NCBI GenBank assembly: GCA_965230295.1
Contig: OZ246001.1
Location: 2,208,001 to 2,272,000, forward strand
DNA length: 64,000 bases
Direction: 5' to 3'
Source: Marinicella sp.
GTDB lineage: Bacteria; Pseudomonadota; Gammaproteobacteria; Xanthomonadales; Marinicellaceae
Positions 39,792 through 51,064 of the stretch are shown here, in pieces; position 1 is the first letter of the stretch; each line of letters starts with the position of its first letter. Both the position numbers and the translations under genes were made by a program. The notes beneath the pieces are model-generated. The model searched no databases. It saw only the letters and a program-made list of their open reading frames with translations, and had not been told where the DNA came from.

Positions 39792-41047
39792 GCGGTTCGT
39801 GATAACAAACAGTAATAAAAGCCATCCATGTGGTCAGTTCCTGTAATGATTTGTTGGCCAAAAAGACAGTTTTCAGCAGCTTCAATGTTGGTTTCCACTG
39901 GCGTGAAACCCGGATTGAACTTTAAAAATTTTTTTATTTGTCGCTCGTTTTCTGCACGAAATACTGAGCATGTGGCATACAAAATTTGACCGCCAATTTT
40001 CACCAAGGGCGCCATCGTTTCAAGGATTTGCTGTTGTAGTTGGGTCAATTGCTTAATGTGTTCTGGTTGCCTTAATAGTTTGATATCTGGGTTGCGTCGC
40101 ACCACACCTGCGGCACTACAAGGTACATCCAACAATATTTTGTCATACTTCTGACCTTGAAACCATGTTTTTGCTTGGGTGGCATCACCTAAAATGATTC
40201 GGCTTGCTGATAAGCCAAGTCTCAATAAGTTGTCTTTGATCAATTCGAGTCTGTGGGCTTCCTTTTCTAAAATATCCAGTTCAATGGTTGGTTCAAGCTC
40301 CAGTAAATGGCAACTCTTCCCACCTGGTGCGGCACAGGCGTCCAAAATTTTCTCATTCGGTTGGGGCGCCAGCATCAGAGCCGCATACTGGGCCGCAGCA
40401 TCTTGCACTGAATAGTCGCCTGACTTCAAAGCAGCGCTGGTAGATGCCTGCGTGTTGGTCAACATTTTTGCTGTTTCGATGCTCTTGTGTGGTGTGCCAT
40501 CGGGTGATGATTTGTGGCTCCGGGTGCGAATCCACAAAGGTGGTTTTTGGTTGTTGGCCCGGAGGATGTCTTCACAGTGGTTTGGCCAGTCTATTCTCAG
40601 TAAATCGATCCACCATTTTGGGTGATTATATTCAACCGATTCATCTTTTGCTTGGAAGCTGTCGTCATGTAAAGTCAGTTTCAATACTTTGTTCAATAGC
40701 CCGGCTGCCCAGTTTTTTTTCAGTTTCCTGGCCGCCCTGATTGCTTCGTTGACCACAGCGTGATCTGGGGTATCTAGATGAAATTTTTGTGCCACAGACA
40801 GGGTCAACAATTCAGCAACTAATTTGTCTTTCAGCGGTTTGTCGATGAATTTTTGCCAGCGGGCGGTTAGGTTTTGGTGGTGCCTCAAGCTTTGGTAACA
40901 GAGGTTTTGGATCCACGCTTTGTCTTGGCTTGAAACATCTTTTGGCAGTATTTGGTTGATGGCTTGTTTCAAGTGTTGTTGTTTGATCACCACTTGATAC
41001 AAGACTTGAGTGGCCAGTACGCGAGTCCTTACAGAGGACTGGGTCAT
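39788..41047 (-). CDS. rsmB: 16S rRNA m5C967 methyltransferase RsmB
   Basis: LDACAAPGGKS, DVPCS, YATCS, DGFYY. Confidence 0.95.
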   Translation of the reverse strand: MTQSSVRTRVLATQVLYQVVIKQQHLKQAINQILPKDVSSQDKAWIQNLCYQSLRHHQNLTARWQKFIDKPLKDKLVAELLTLSVAQKFHLDTPDHAVVNEAIRAARKLKKNWAAGLLNKVLKLTLHDDSFQAKDESVEYNHPKWWIDLLRIDWPNHCEDILRANNQKPPLWIRTRSHKSSPDGTPHKSIETAKMLTNTQASTSAALKSGDYSVQDAAAQYAALMLAPQPNEKILDACAAPGGKSCHLLELEPTIELDILEKEAHRLELIKDNLLRLGLSASRIILGDATQAKTWFQGQKYDKILLDVPCSAAGVVRRNPDIKLLRQPEHIKQLTQLQQQILETMAPLVKIGGQILYATCSVFRAENERQIKKFLKFNPGFTPVETNIEAAENCLFGQQIITGTDHMDGFYYCLLSRTA

Positions 41048-41970
41048 TGGGTGTACCAGTCTGATTTAGCGGCCATAAAGGCTTCAACAGGCATGCGTTT
41101 CTTACCGGCTTTTTGCACCTCCAGCAATGCCAATTGTCCACTGCCACATTGGATGATGAGGTTGGCTTTATCGGCTTTGACTGTTTGGCCAACTTCAGTA
41201 CTGGGCCATTCACAGGAGATCACTTCAGCGGCCCAAATTTTTAGGGCATCGTCATTCAACACTGTGTGACTTCCAGGCCAGGGGTTGAAAGCCCTGATTT
41301 GGCGCTCAATCGCATCAGCGCTTTGGTGCCAATCAATCAGGCTTTCAGTTTTTTGTAATTTATGCGCATAAGTGGCCAGTGTGTCATCTTGTGATTTTGC
41401 AGGAGGCAAAGTGCCCGCCAGCAACTCTTGCACGCATGAAACAATGGCTTCACCGCCCATCAAACTCAATCGGTCATGCAGGCTTTGCCCGGTGTCATCG
41501 GGTCTGATGTCTGTTGGGTACATATGGAAAACCGGTCCTGTATCCAGGCCAGCTTCCATCTGCATGATGGCCACGCCTGTTTGTTCATCACCGGCCAAGA
41601 TGGCTCGGTGAATTGGAGCGGCGCCACGCCACCTGGGCAACAAAGAGGCATGGATGTTCCAACAGCCGTTTTTAGGCAAATCCAAGATGTTTTGTGGGAT
41701 GATCATGCCATAGGCCACAACCACCATCAGATCAGCTTGTTGTGCTGAAATCAATTCCACCACCTCTGGATCTTTCAGGCTGGTGGGTTGAAAAACAGGA
41801 ATGCCGTGCTTCTCTGCTTCAATCTTGACAGGGGTTTTCTGTACCAGTTGACCCCTGCCTTTGCGTTTATCCGGTTGTGTGAACACCGCTTTGACATTGA
41901 GTCCGGCAGCCACTAAATCGGCCAATGGTGGTACAGCAAAATCAGGTGTGCCACAAAAAATGATGTCCAT
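41044..41970 (-). CDS. fmt: Methionyl-tRNA formyltransferase
   Basis: FCGTPDFA, TQPDK, NIHASLLPRWRGAAPI. Confidence 0.97.
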   Translation of the reverse strand: MDIIFCGTPDFAVPPLADLVAAGLNVKAVFTQPDKRKGRGQLVQKTPVKIEAEKHGIPVFQPTSLKDPEVVELISAQQADLMVVVAYGMIIPQNILDLPKNGCWNIHASLLPRWRGAAPIHRAILAGDEQTGVAIMQMEAGLDTGPVFHMYPTDIRPDDTGQSLHDRLSLMGGEAIVSCVQELLAGTLPPAKSQDDTLATYAHKLQKTESLIDWHQSADAIERQIRAFNPWPGSHTVLNDDALKIWAAEVISCEWPSTEVGQTVKADKANLIIQCGSGQLALLEVQKAGKKRMPVEAFMAAKSDWYTQ

Positions 41971-41973
41971 GCT

Positions 41974-42591
41974 TCAAAGGTCCTCAAGTGGTAATGAAAT
42001 TTGTGAAGGCTTGATGCTGCCCTTGTCATGGAATATGCGTTTATATTCGACTCTGGAGACTGATACATACCGTTCATTGCCACCAATTTGAATTTGTGCC
42101 CCGGTTTTTATGGCCTGGCCATTCTCATCTATGCGCACCACCATGATGGCTTTTTTACCGGTGTGACAGATGGTCTTCAATTCGCGCAATTCATCGGCCC
42201 AAGCCAATAAGTATTGACTGCCCTCAAACAATTCGCCTTGAAAGTCTGTTCTCAAGCCATAGGCCAGGACAGGAATGTCGAGTTTATCGACAATCTCGGT
42301 GAGTTGATAGACTTGTGTTTTGCTTAAAAACTGGGCTTCGTCAACCAAGATACAATCCACCCTGGGTCGATTTTCAATCAACTCGAAAAGGTCTTCTGTT
42401 TGGTTGAATATGATCGATGGTGATTCGATGCCAATTCTGGATTTCACCACGCCTTGGCCGAAGCGATCATCCAATGACGATGACAAGATCAGCGTTTGCA
42501 TCCCGCGTTCGCGGTAATTGTGACTGGATTGTAATAAATGGGTGGTTTTACCCGCATTCATTGCGGAGTAGTAAAAGTACAATTTTGCCAT
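41974..42591 (-). CDS. tdk: Thymidine kinase
   Basis: [29 protein letters not shown]; start ATG 42591. Confidence 0.96.
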   Translation of the reverse strand: MAKLYFYYSAMNAGKTTHLLQSSHNYRERGMQTLILSSSLDDRFGQGVVKSRIGIESPSIIFNQTEDLFELIENRPRVDCILVDEAQFLSKTQVYQLTEIVDKLDIPVLAYGLRTDFQGELFEGSQYLLAWADELRELKTICHTGKKAIMVVRIDENGQAIKTGAQIQIGGNERYVSVSRVEYKRIFHDKGSIKPSQISLPLEDL

Positions 42592-42805
42592 GCAAACCGA
42601 TCCATCAAAATGCAGTATTTTATCAGAAGGGGTAAATACTGACATCAATAGTCAGCCAACTATTTTCTGTGGTCATTCTTGAACAATTGAAAAATTAATT
42701 GCAAATTTATGAGGTTTCAGCCTGATTTCACACAAAAGTGACCAAAAAAATGTTATATTAATTAGGTTACCCGGGTCTTTATATTAACTTTAATAATTAA
42801 AACCA

Positions 42806-44293
42806 GTGAGGAAAAGGTACATACTAATTGGGACCATCTGTGTTGTTTTCTTAACGATGGCCTTGATTGCGGCCTTTTCTATTTCCCAACTCATCCAATC
42901 ACAGCCAGATCTGATAGCTGTACAAAATAAATTGTTGCTGCTTAATGCGCTGGTGGTGGTCAGTGTGGCTGGTTTGATTTATATGGCTCATGTGGCCATC
43001 TATCAAACCCGCAGAAATCGTTGGTTAGGCATCATCAGAAAGGCCAATGTTGATCTCCTGACAGGTTTACCCAATCAATACAAATTGATCAAAGACCTCA
43101 AACATTCTGAGCACACCAATTTGGCATTTCTCAAATTTCACAACTACAATGGGATCCTCAGTACCTATGGCCCAGCCATCACCGATGGTGTGGTGAAACA
43201 AGTGGCTGCTGTACTGGCCAGTTTCAGCCACCCCATGCTGAAAAAATCGTCTTGTTATTACATTCAACAAGCGGTTTTTGCCATTTTGGAAGACCAAGAG
43301 GCAGATTATGAACGCATTGCCACCATCACCAAAGCCATTGTCAAAAAAATCATGTCGACCCGTTATCAGGTGGGTGATGATGAATACATCGCTCTGAACA
43401 TCACGGTGGGTGCTGTGCGTCAAAAAGAAGATGCTTTTACATTGGCCAATATGGCATTACAAGAAGCTGAATCCAAAAAACTGCAGTTCTATTTGATTGA
43501 TCAGTCAAAAAGCATGATTCCGGAAACCTACAAGCGGGATTTGGCGCTGACTCAAGCTTTGTTGCTTGGCATTCAACAGCGACGGGTGGTGCCGTACTTT
43601 CAGCCGATCTTTTCTTCGAAGAATCAATCGATTCAAAAATATGAATGTTTGGCACGCATGTTAGACAGTAACCACGAAGTGGAGATGATGCCCAATGCCT
43701 TCATGCATTTAGCCCATCGGGCCAACCTTTATTATCTGATCACCCGCATCATGGTCAGTCAGGCCGTGCGGTTTGCCAAAGCCAATCAAGTCATTGTTAC
43801 CATCAACATCAGCATGACCGACATCAACAACAGGCGCACTTGTGATTATATCTTTAAAAAAGTCAAAAGCTCAGGAGTGGGGCACCTGATTCAATTCGAG
43901 TTGCTGGAGAATGAAGCCATATTAGAATCTGATGCCATAGTTGCTTTCATTCACAAAGCACATGAACTGGGTTGCCAAGTGGGGATGGATGATTTGGGCA
44001 AGGGGTATTCGAATATTGAGCGGTTGATTAACTTGCCCATCGATTTTGTGAAAATTGATCGCAGCATCATGGAAAACGTAACACAGAATCTTGAAATGCA
44101 GAATGTGGCCAGAGGCATTGTGAAACTGGCTCACAAGAAAGGCTTGCAAGTGGTGGCAGAATTTTGTGCTGATGCCACCATCACCAACATGGCCATTGAC
44201 TTGGGGGTGGATTACCTCCAGGGTCATTACTTAGGTGAGCCATCACCTGGTGTGGTCGAGGAAAAAAAACAAGTGGTTAGTGCCTGTTCATAA
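42806..44293 (+). CDS. Membrane-anchored degenerate-GGDEF/EAL protein (probable c-di-GMP phosphodiesterase)
   Basis: 2 TM helices; DLLTGLPN but no GGDEF; FQPI..ECLAR, FELLE, DDLGKGYS, VKID, VVAEF, QGHY. Confidence 0.88.
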   Translation: MRKRYILIGTICVVFLTMALIAAFSISQLIQSQPDLIAVQNKLLLLNALVVVSVAGLIYMAHVAIYQTRRNRWLGIIRKANVDLLTGLPNQYKLIKDLKHSEHTNLAFLKFHNYNGILSTYGPAITDGVVKQVAAVLASFSHPMLKKSSCYYIQQAVFAILEDQEADYERIATITKAIVKKIMSTRYQVGDDEYIALNITVGAVRQKEDAFTLANMALQEAESKKLQFYLIDQSKSMIPETYKRDLALTQALLLGIQQRRVVPYFQPIFSSKNQSIQKYECLARMLDSNHEVEMMPNAFMHLAHRANLYYLITRIMVSQAVRFAKANQVIVTINISMTDINNRRTCDYIFKKVKSSGVGHLIQFELLENEAILESDAIVAFIHKAHELGCQVGMDDLGKGYSNIERLINLPIDFVKIDRSIMENVTQNLEMQNVARGIVKLAHKKGLQVVAEFCADATITNMAIDLGVDYLQGHYLGEPSPGVVEEKKQVVSACS

Positions 44294-44388
44294 GTCCCTT
44301 CATTCATTCAATCACTAAACTTCACCGGGTTCATCAAATGAATCTGATAGAATAACGGCTTGCTCGAAATCTTTAACAACTTTTTTGT

Positions 44389-44712
44389 ATGAATTATCCA
44401 TTTATACAGGTCTTTGTCAGCTGTGAATCAAAGGCTCAAGCGAAAACCATGGTTGATTCCTTGTTGAATGACCAGATAATAGCTTGTGCACAAATCTTGC
44501 CTGCGGTGGAATCTCACTATCGATGGCAGGGTCAAGTTAATCAGGACACTGAAACTTTGTTGTTGTTGAAGAGTCAATCAAAACACTTCAAAGCGATTGA
44601 AGCAACGGTGAAGAAGTTGCATTCATATGATGTGCCAGAAATCATTGCTGTGCCCATAGTGGCTGGCCAACCAGACTATTTGAATTGGATCAATGAACAA
44701 ACTAACAAATAA
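44389..44712 (+). CDS. cutA: Divalent-cation tolerance protein CutA
   Basis: IACAQI, SHYRWQG, HSYDVPEI, YLNW. Confidence 0.94.
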   Translation: MNYPFIQVFVSCESKAQAKTMVDSLLNDQIIACAQILPAVESHYRWQGQVNQDTETLLLLKSQSKHFKAIEATVKKLHSYDVPEIIAVPIVAGQPDYLNWINEQTNK

Positions 44713-46909
44713 AATCACCTGGATATCAGCCGTGTGGATGCTGGTGTTCTTTCAGGCCCAAACATCAGCCATGGACAACCCGCCACCGCCCGATGAAGCG
44801 ATGAAAGTTTCAGTGAAGGTGGTGAATAAAGATGTCGTTAAGGTCACCTTTGATTTGATAGATGACGTGTACTTATACCGCCATGCTTTTGGGTTCAGCG
44901 GAGAAGGTTTAACTGTCAATGAAGACTTGTTGGTCATCCCGGAAGGCAAAGAAAAAGATGATCCGGCATTTGGTTTGGTTGAAACTTACTATGGATCTGT
45001 CAGCATCGATGTGCCAGTATCATCAGTGGGCCCCGATCCCAAGTTGATGGTCAGGTACCAAGGTTGTGTCGAAAATTTTATCTGCTACCCACCACAGAGA
45101 AAATCATTTGATTTGACCGGTCAATTACCGAGCAATCAAGTGAGTCAATCAGCGCCATCAGGTGGTTTACTCAACACCACAAACGCCAGCTTTTTTGGTG
45201 GTGATCAGCAATTATTGCCGGTTGATCAGGCTTTTCAATTTGAAACCATCGCACTGGATGCTGATTTGTTGATGGTGCGTTTCACCATGGCGCCGAATAT
45301 CTATCTGTATAAGGATCAGGTGCAGTTCAGTACTTTTACTGATGGCGTGCAATTGGGTGAGCCGATGTTTCCACAGGCGCAGTTAAAAGATGATCCTGAG
45401 TTTGGTTTGGTCGATGTTTTTTATGATGTGGCAGAAATAGAGCTGCCGTACTCACGATCAAAAGCAGGCATTGAAAAACTCGACATTGAGGCTGCTTTTC
45501 AGGGCTGTGAGGACGGCAAAGTGTGTTACCCGCCAACGGCTCAACTGGTGACGGTTGACCTGCCTGCAGCCAATCAGTTGGTTGATTCGGCAACAACTCC
45601 GGTTGAAGAGGCCGCTGAACTTTCAGAAACAGATGCCATCATAAAGGGTTTTGACGGTTCAATCTGGTTGGTTGTGTTGCAGTTTTTTGGTTTTGGCTTG
45701 TTGTTGTCCTTGACCCCATGTGTGTTTCCAATGATTCCCATCTTGTCAGGATTAATTGTCGGCCAAAAAGACCCATCCACAGCCAAGGCGTTCAGCTTGT
45801 CAGTGATTTATGTGTTGGCCATGGCCTTGACCTATACCTTTGTGGGTGTGTTGGCCGGCTTGGCAGGTACCAATTTACAGGCACTGTTCCAAACCCCATG
45901 GATCATCATCAGTTTTTCTTTGGTCTTTGTGTTGTTGGCTTTGAGCATGTTTGGGTTTTACGACTTACAACTACCGGCAAGTTGGCAAAGTAAGTTATCC
46001 AGCATTTCCAACCAACAAAAAAGTGGTTCATGGCTGGGCGTGGCAGTGATGGGCTTGTTATCCGCTTTGATTGTCGGGCCTTGCGTTGCGCCTCCCTTGG
46101 CAGCGGCAGTGATTTACATTTCATCGGCAGATGGTGGACCTGTGGTTGGTGGTTTGGCTTTGTTTGCCATGTCCATGGGCATGGGCGTGCCTTTGATAGC
46201 CATTGGTACTTCGGCAGGAAAATGGATGCCCAACGCGGGTGGCTGGATGAATGTGATTAAATCGTTCTTTGGGGTGTTGTTGATCGGCATGGCCATTTGG
46301 TTCTTGTCTCGCATCATGCCAGAGAATGTGATTTTATTGCTGTGGGGTTTGTTGTCTATTGCCACGGCGGTTATGTGGCACCAGCATGCCAAAGACAATG
46401 GATTGACTGGTTGGGTGATGTCTATGTTTGATGCCATCAAGGTGATCTTGTTGGTGGTTGGTGTGGCCCAGTTAATTGGTGCCATGGCAGGTCAATCAGA
46501 CCCACTGCGGCCATTGAAAGGTGTCTTCACAGCAAGTTCAGTGACGGAACAAAAAGTGGTGTTCAAAAAAATTAAATCTTTGGACGACTTAAACCGTGAA
46601 ATCGAGAACAGTGATCAGCCAGTGTTTTTGGATTTTTACGCGGACTGGTGTATTGAATGTATTCGCATGGAAAAGACCACTTTTAAGGATCCGGAAATTG
46701 TGGCATTGTCAGAGCAAATGACTGTTTTAAAAGCGGATGTCACAGCCAATGACGAATTGGATGCAGCACTGATGAAGCATTTTGGCATAGTTGGTCCGCC
46801 AGCCAGTTTATTCTTCGCTGCGGATGGTACACCGCTGAAGGCTCAGAACTTCTTTGGTTATAAATCTGCTGCCGACTTAAAACAAACGTTTGAAAAAATA
46901 CTAAAATAA
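44693..46909 (+). CDS. dsbD: Protein-disulfide reductase DsbD with two alpha domains
   Basis: Two QGC-x5-CYPP domains, TPCVFPM and GPCVAP TM cysteines, ADWCIEC thioredoxin domain. Confidence 0.95.
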   Translation: MNKLTNKITWISAVWMLVFFQAQTSAMDNPPPPDEAMKVSVKVVNKDVVKVTFDLIDDVYLYRHAFGFSGEGLTVNEDLLVIPEGKEKDDPAFGLVETYYGSVSIDVPVSSVGPDPKLMVRYQGCVENFICYPPQRKSFDLTGQLPSNQVSQSAPSGGLLNTTNASFFGGDQQLLPVDQAFQFETIALDADLLMVRFTMAPNIYLYKDQVQFSTFTDGVQLGEPMFPQAQLKDDPEFGLVDVFYDVAEIELPYSRSKAGIEKLDIEAAFQGCEDGKVCYPPTAQLVTVDLPAANQLVDSATTPVEEAAELSETDAIIKGFDGSIWLVVLQFFGFGLLLSLTPCVFPMIPILSGLIVGQKDPSTAKAFSLSVIYVLAMALTYTFVGVLAGLAGTNLQALFQTPWIIISFSLVFVLLALSMFGFYDLQLPASWQSKLSSISNQQKSGSWLGVAVMGLLSALIVGPCVAPPLAAAVIYISSADGGPVVGGLALFAMSMGMGVPLIAIGTSAGKWMPNAGGWMNVIKSFFGVLLIGMAIWFLSRIMPENVILLLWGLLSIATAVMWHQHAKDNGLTGWVMSMFDAIKVILLVVGVAQLIGAMAGQSDPLRPLKGVFTASSVTEQKVVFKKIKSLDDLNREIENSDQPVFLDFYADWCIECIRMEKTTFKDPEIVALSEQMTVLKADVTANDELDAALMKHFGIVGPPASLFFAADGTPLKAQNFFGYKSAADLKQTFEKILK

Positions 46910-46981
46910 GCAGTTTTCTGGACATTCGCAGCCAATTGATGCACAATCGCGGAACTTAGAAGCGAAATTTGTTTTGTTCAT

Positions 46982-47410
46982 ATGCGTGAAATTGCCATCA
47001 TCAATGGTCCAAATTTAAATTTATTGGGGGTTAGGGAGCCAGAAGTTTATGGTTCCGAGACCTTACAGGACATCAACCAGTCCTTGTCAAACCTGGCCAA
47101 TGAATTGAATTTGTCATTGCGCTTTTTACAGTCCAACGCAGAGCATGAAATCGTGGGGTATATTCACCAGTGTTTTTCAGATCAAATTTCAGGCATCATC
47201 ATCAACCCGGCGGCATTCACCCACACCAGCGTGGCCATTCGTGATGCCTTGTTGGGAACACAAATTCCTTTTATCGAAGTGCACTTATCTAACGTCCATG
47301 CCAGAGAATCTTTCAGGGCTGAATCATGGTTGTCAGACGTGGCCATTGGAACCATCACAGGATTGGGTTCGATGGGATATGCCATGGCTCTTCGGTATTG
47401 GGCAGACTAA
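46982..47410 (+). CDS. aroQ: Type II 3-dehydroquinate dehydratase
   Basis: [33 protein letters not shown]. Confidence 0.97.
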   Translation: MREIAIINGPNLNLLGVREPEVYGSETLQDINQSLSNLANELNLSLRFLQSNAEHEIVGYIHQCFSDQISGIIINPAAFTHTSVAIRDALLGTQIPFIEVHLSNVHARESFRAESWLSDVAIGTITGLGSMGYAMALRYWAD

Positions 47411-47439
47411 ACACATTAAATCAATCACAGGATACAGCA

Positions 47440-47895
47440 ATGGATATCAGAAAAATTAAAAAACTCATTGAACTGTTGGAACAATCTTCTTTGACTGAAA
47501 TGGAAATCACCGAAGGCGAAGAAACAGTCAAATTGTCACGCACCACTCAGGCTGCACCTGCAGCTGCGCCCGTGCAGGCTCAAACCATCCAAGCTGCAGC
47601 ACCCGTTGCTGCTGCGCCAGCCGCCCCAGCTGCAGAAGCACCAGCTGCTGAAGAACCATCAGGATTGTTGGTACGCAGTCCCATGGTAGGTACCTTTTAT
47701 GCATCTCCTTCGCCAGACTCGGAAGCTTTTGTTAAAGTCGGTCAGAGTGTCAATGTCGGCGATACTTTATGCATGGTCGAAGCGATGAAAATGTTCAATC
47801 AAATTGAATCTGAGCACAAAGGCAAGATCAAAAGAATTTTGGTTGAGAATGGCCAACCGGTTGAATTCGATGAGCCTTTGTTTGAAATTGAGTGA
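47440..47895 (+). CDS. accB: Biotin carboxyl carrier protein
   Basis: [12 protein letters not shown], Ala/Pro linker, [13 protein letters not shown]. Confidence 0.98.
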   Translation: MDIRKIKKLIELLEQSSLTEMEITEGEETVKLSRTTQAAPAAAPVQAQTIQAAAPVAAAPAAPAAEAPAAEEPSGLLVRSPMVGTFYASPSPDSEAFVKVGQSVNVGDTLCMVEAMKMFNQIESEHKGKIKRILVENGQPVEFDEPLFEIE

Positions 47896-47909
47896 GCTGA
47901 GAGAATATT

Positions 47910-49256
47910 ATGTTCAGTAAAATAGTCATCGCCAACCGGGGTGAAATTGCCCTGCGAATATTAAGGGCCTGTCAAACTTTGGGGGTGAAAACTGTAGCGG
48001 TTCATTCAACCATAGACCGCAACCAAAAACATGTGGGCATGGCCGACGAGTCAGTTTGTATTGGTCCACCCTCATCGGTTGAATCGTACTTAGACATCCC
48101 CAAAATCATTGCTGCAGCTGAAGTGACTGATGCAGAAGCCATTCACCCAGGATATGGGTTTTTGGCTGAGAATGCAGAGTTCGCTGAATGCATAGCCGAA
48201 TCTGGATTTAAATTCATTGGCCCAAGGGCCGAAACCATCCGCTTGATGGGTGATAAGGTGGCAGCCATTGAAGCCATGAAGCAAGCAGGCGTGCCCTGTG
48301 TACCCGGTTCAGATGGCCCATTGAATGATGATCCTGAAAGAAACCTGGGTATTGCCAAAAAAATTGGTTACCCCATCATTGTTAAAGCAGCTGCGGGTGG
48401 TGGCGGGCGTGGTATGCGCGTGGTCCACACCGAAGCCGCTTTAAACAACGCCATCATGACCACCAAAACCGAAGCCAAAGCCGCCTTTGGTGATGATACG
48501 GTTTACATGGAAAAGTATTTGGAAAACCCACGGCACATTGAAATTCAAGTGTTGTCTGATATGCATGGCCATGCCATCCATTTGGCTGAACGTGATTGCT
48601 CCATGCAACGCCGTCACCAAAAAGTGGTGGAAGAGGCGCCTGCTCCAGGCTTGAGCGAAAAAGAACGGGCCGCCATCGGCGAAGTTTGTGTTGAAGCCTG
48701 TAAACGGATCAAATACGAAGGGGCTGGCACATTTGAATTTTTGTATGATGATGGGCGGTTTTATTTCATCGAAATGAACACCCGCATACAGGTAGAGCAT
48801 CCGGTCACAGAATTAATCACCGGTGTTGATTTGATCAAACAGCAGCTGCTGATAGCCAGTGGTGAACCGATGAAGATTCAACAGTCTGACATCAAGATTT
48901 CTGGCCATGCCATTGAGTGTCGCGTCAATGCTGAAGATCCTGACACTTTCATGCCGTCACCTGGCACGATAGATATTTTCCATGCGCCCGGCGGGCCTGG
49001 CGTGCGGGTAGATTCGCATGTCTATGATGGCTACCGTGTGCCACCCAATTATGATTCAATGATAGGTAAAATCATCACCCATGGTGAAGACCGCATCACT
49101 GCCATCAGGCGCATGCGTTTGGCCTTGGCAGAAACGGTGGTTAATGGCATCAAATCCAACATACCATTGCAGCAAAGAATCATGAATGATCAGGGTTTTG
49201 TAGCGGGTGGTAAAAACATCCATTATTTAGAAAAACGCCTCAACGAAAACAAATAA
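47910..49256 (+). CDS. accC: Biotin carboxylase
   Basis: [39 protein letters not shown]. Confidence 0.98.
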   Translation: MFSKIVIANRGEIALRILRACQTLGVKTVAVHSTIDRNQKHVGMADESVCIGPPSSVESYLDIPKIIAAAEVTDAEAIHPGYGFLAENAEFAECIAESGFKFIGPRAETIRLMGDKVAAIEAMKQAGVPCVPGSDGPLNDDPERNLGIAKKIGYPIIVKAAAGGGGRGMRVVHTEAALNNAIMTTKTEAKAAFGDDTVYMEKYLENPRHIEIQVLSDMHGHAIHLAERDCSMQRRHQKVVEEAPAPGLSEKERAAIGEVCVEACKRIKYEGAGTFEFLYDDGRFYFIEMNTRIQVEHPVTELITGVDLIKQQLLIASGEPMKIQQSDIKISGHAIECRVNAEDPDTFMPSPGTIDIFHAPGGPGVRVDSHVYDGYRVPPNYDSMIGKIITHGEDRITAIRRMRLALAETVVNGIKSNIPLQQRIMNDQGFVAGGKNIHYLEKRLNENK

Positions 49257-49266
49257 GCAATATCGC

Positions 49267-50151
49267 ATGGCGTTCTTTGAATTGACCGTTTTTGTGTCGC
49301 AAGCCTTGTCTGAGGAAATTGATGAGGCTTTGCAGGCCTTTGGGGCTGTTGGGGTCACTTATGCTGATGCCAAAGACAGCCCCATATACGAACCCAAACC
49401 GGGTGAAATGCCCCTGTGGAGTTACATCAAAATCACCGGCTTGTTTGATGATGATCAGCAAATGGAACAAGCCTGCCAACAATTGGCTCGCACCCATCCC
49501 CAACTGGAACAGTTAAAAACTCAACTCAAAGATCAAGTATGGGAGCGGGTCTGGATGGATCATTTCAAACCCATTCAATTTGGCCAAAACAGTTGGGTGA
49601 TTCCTGAAGGTTATGACTTGATTGATCCTACAGCCAAGAATTTGATTCTTGACCCAGGGCTGGCATTTGGTACCGGTACCCACGAAACCACTGCATTGTG
49701 CCTCAAATGGTTGGACCAAAATGATGTGACCGGCAAAACCTTGGTTGATTTCGGCTGCGGTTCCGGCATTTTGGCAGTGATGGCTTTGTTGCATGGGGCT
49801 GAAAAAGTCATTTGTGTTGATATCGATGATCAAGCCATCCAGGCTACTCGACAAAACGCAGAGAAAAATGGAGTTGCCAGTGGTATTGAGGTGGTAAACC
49901 CTGAAAATGTGCACAGCATCAAAAATCAAGATGGAATAATGGCTAATATATTAGCTGAACCATTGATGGCGCTTTGCGATGATTTCCACCAAATGCTCAA
50001 AGCTGATGGGTTCATAGTGCTCAGTGGCATCTTGAAATCACAGAAAAACATGATTTGTGAGAAATATGCTTCTCGATTTGTTGACATTGAGTGTGAAATT
50101 GAACAAGATTGGGTTCGTGTGGGAGCCATCAAAGGTCCAGTCAGCAAATAA
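49267..50151 (+). CDS. prmA: Ribosomal protein L11 methyltransferase
   Basis: LDPGLAFGTGTHETT, DFGCGSGIL, ANILA, LSGIL. Confidence 0.96.
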   Translation: MAFFELTVFVSQALSEEIDEALQAFGAVGVTYADAKDSPIYEPKPGEMPLWSYIKITGLFDDDQQMEQACQQLARTHPQLEQLKTQLKDQVWERVWMDHFKPIQFGQNSWVIPEGYDLIDPTAKNLILDPGLAFGTGTHETTALCLKWLDQNDVTGKTLVDFGCGSGILAVMALLHGAEKVICVDIDDQAIQATRQNAEKNGVASGIEVVNPENVHSIKNQDGIMANILAEPLMALCDDFHQMLKADGFIVLSGILKSQKNMICEKYASRFVDIECEIEQDWVRVGAIKGPVSK

Positions 50152-50257
50152 GACTGACAAATAATCTAGTTTTCTCGAAAGAACGGCTTATTAGTGTGTG
50201 CTTGTGATTGTGTGTGATAACTGGTCAATTTAGTGAATTTAGACGCAGAGAAATAAT

Positions 50258-51064
50258 TTGTATACTCAATGCAGAGGTTGTGGAGAAGTTTTTGTGATCG
50301 AGGTCGATCACTTAACGCATGCTCGCGGTCAAGTCAGATGTAATTTGTGTGGCACCGTGTTCGATGGAATGGAGACATTGAGTGCCGAAAGGCCGCATGA
50401 AGATGAAGATTTGTTGTTGCATGATTTTGACAACGCACCCCCCTTATTGACCCAGGCTTACCACTCAATGCAAGTGGCGGATACGGTTGAAGAAGAACTC
50501 ACTGAACCGCACACCCCCGATTTTATCACTGCTGAGGAATCGGTTGCTGATGTTCCCTTTGTGGCGGAAAAACGCATCCAGAAAGAACCCAAAACTTCTA
50601 ATTGGGTTTGGAGTGGTTTATCTTTTGTGATGGTGGTTGTTTTGTTGTGGCAAGCACAAATGGCCATTGCTTCTGGACAAGTCAAATTGCCTGATCATCC
50701 ACTGAGTGAAAAATTATGTGGGCTGATGGACTGTGCCAAGCCCGCTGAGGAAGTTGATTTGAATGCCATTTCATTGGTTTCACGTAACATCAGACCCCAT
50801 CCTGGACGTGATCAAGCATTGATCATCACAGCCAGCATGATCAATGCCAATAAAGACAACCAAAAATTTCCTGCCTTGGAAATCAAGTTGTCAGATCTAG
50901 ATGGACAAATTGTGGCGATGCGTCGCTTCATTGCGGCTGAATATGTGCCTGCAGATGTGTTGCGTGCTGGCTTTGTCGCCAATACATTGATTCCAGTCAA
51001 CTTGGAAATTGTCAGTCCTGGTGACAATGCAGTGGCTTTTGAAATAGGTTTTGTGCAACCATGA
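50258..51064 (+). CDS. Zinc-ribbon + DUF3426 membrane protein
   Basis: CRGC..GQVRCNLC zinc ribbon, TM helix, C..C after TM; canonical position after prmA. Confidence 0.88.
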   Translation: MYTQCRGCGEVFVIEVDHLTHARGQVRCNLCGTVFDGMETLSAERPHEDEDLLLHDFDNAPPLLTQAYHSMQVADTVEEELTEPHTPDFITAEESVADVPFVAEKRIQKEPKTSNWVWSGLSFVMVVVLLWQAQMAIASGQVKLPDHPLSEKLCGLMDCAKPAEEVDLNAISLVSRNIRPHPGRDQALIITASMINANKDNQKFPALEIKLSDLDGQIVAMRRFIAAEYVPADVLRAGFVANTLIPVNLEIVSPGDNAVAFEIGFVQP

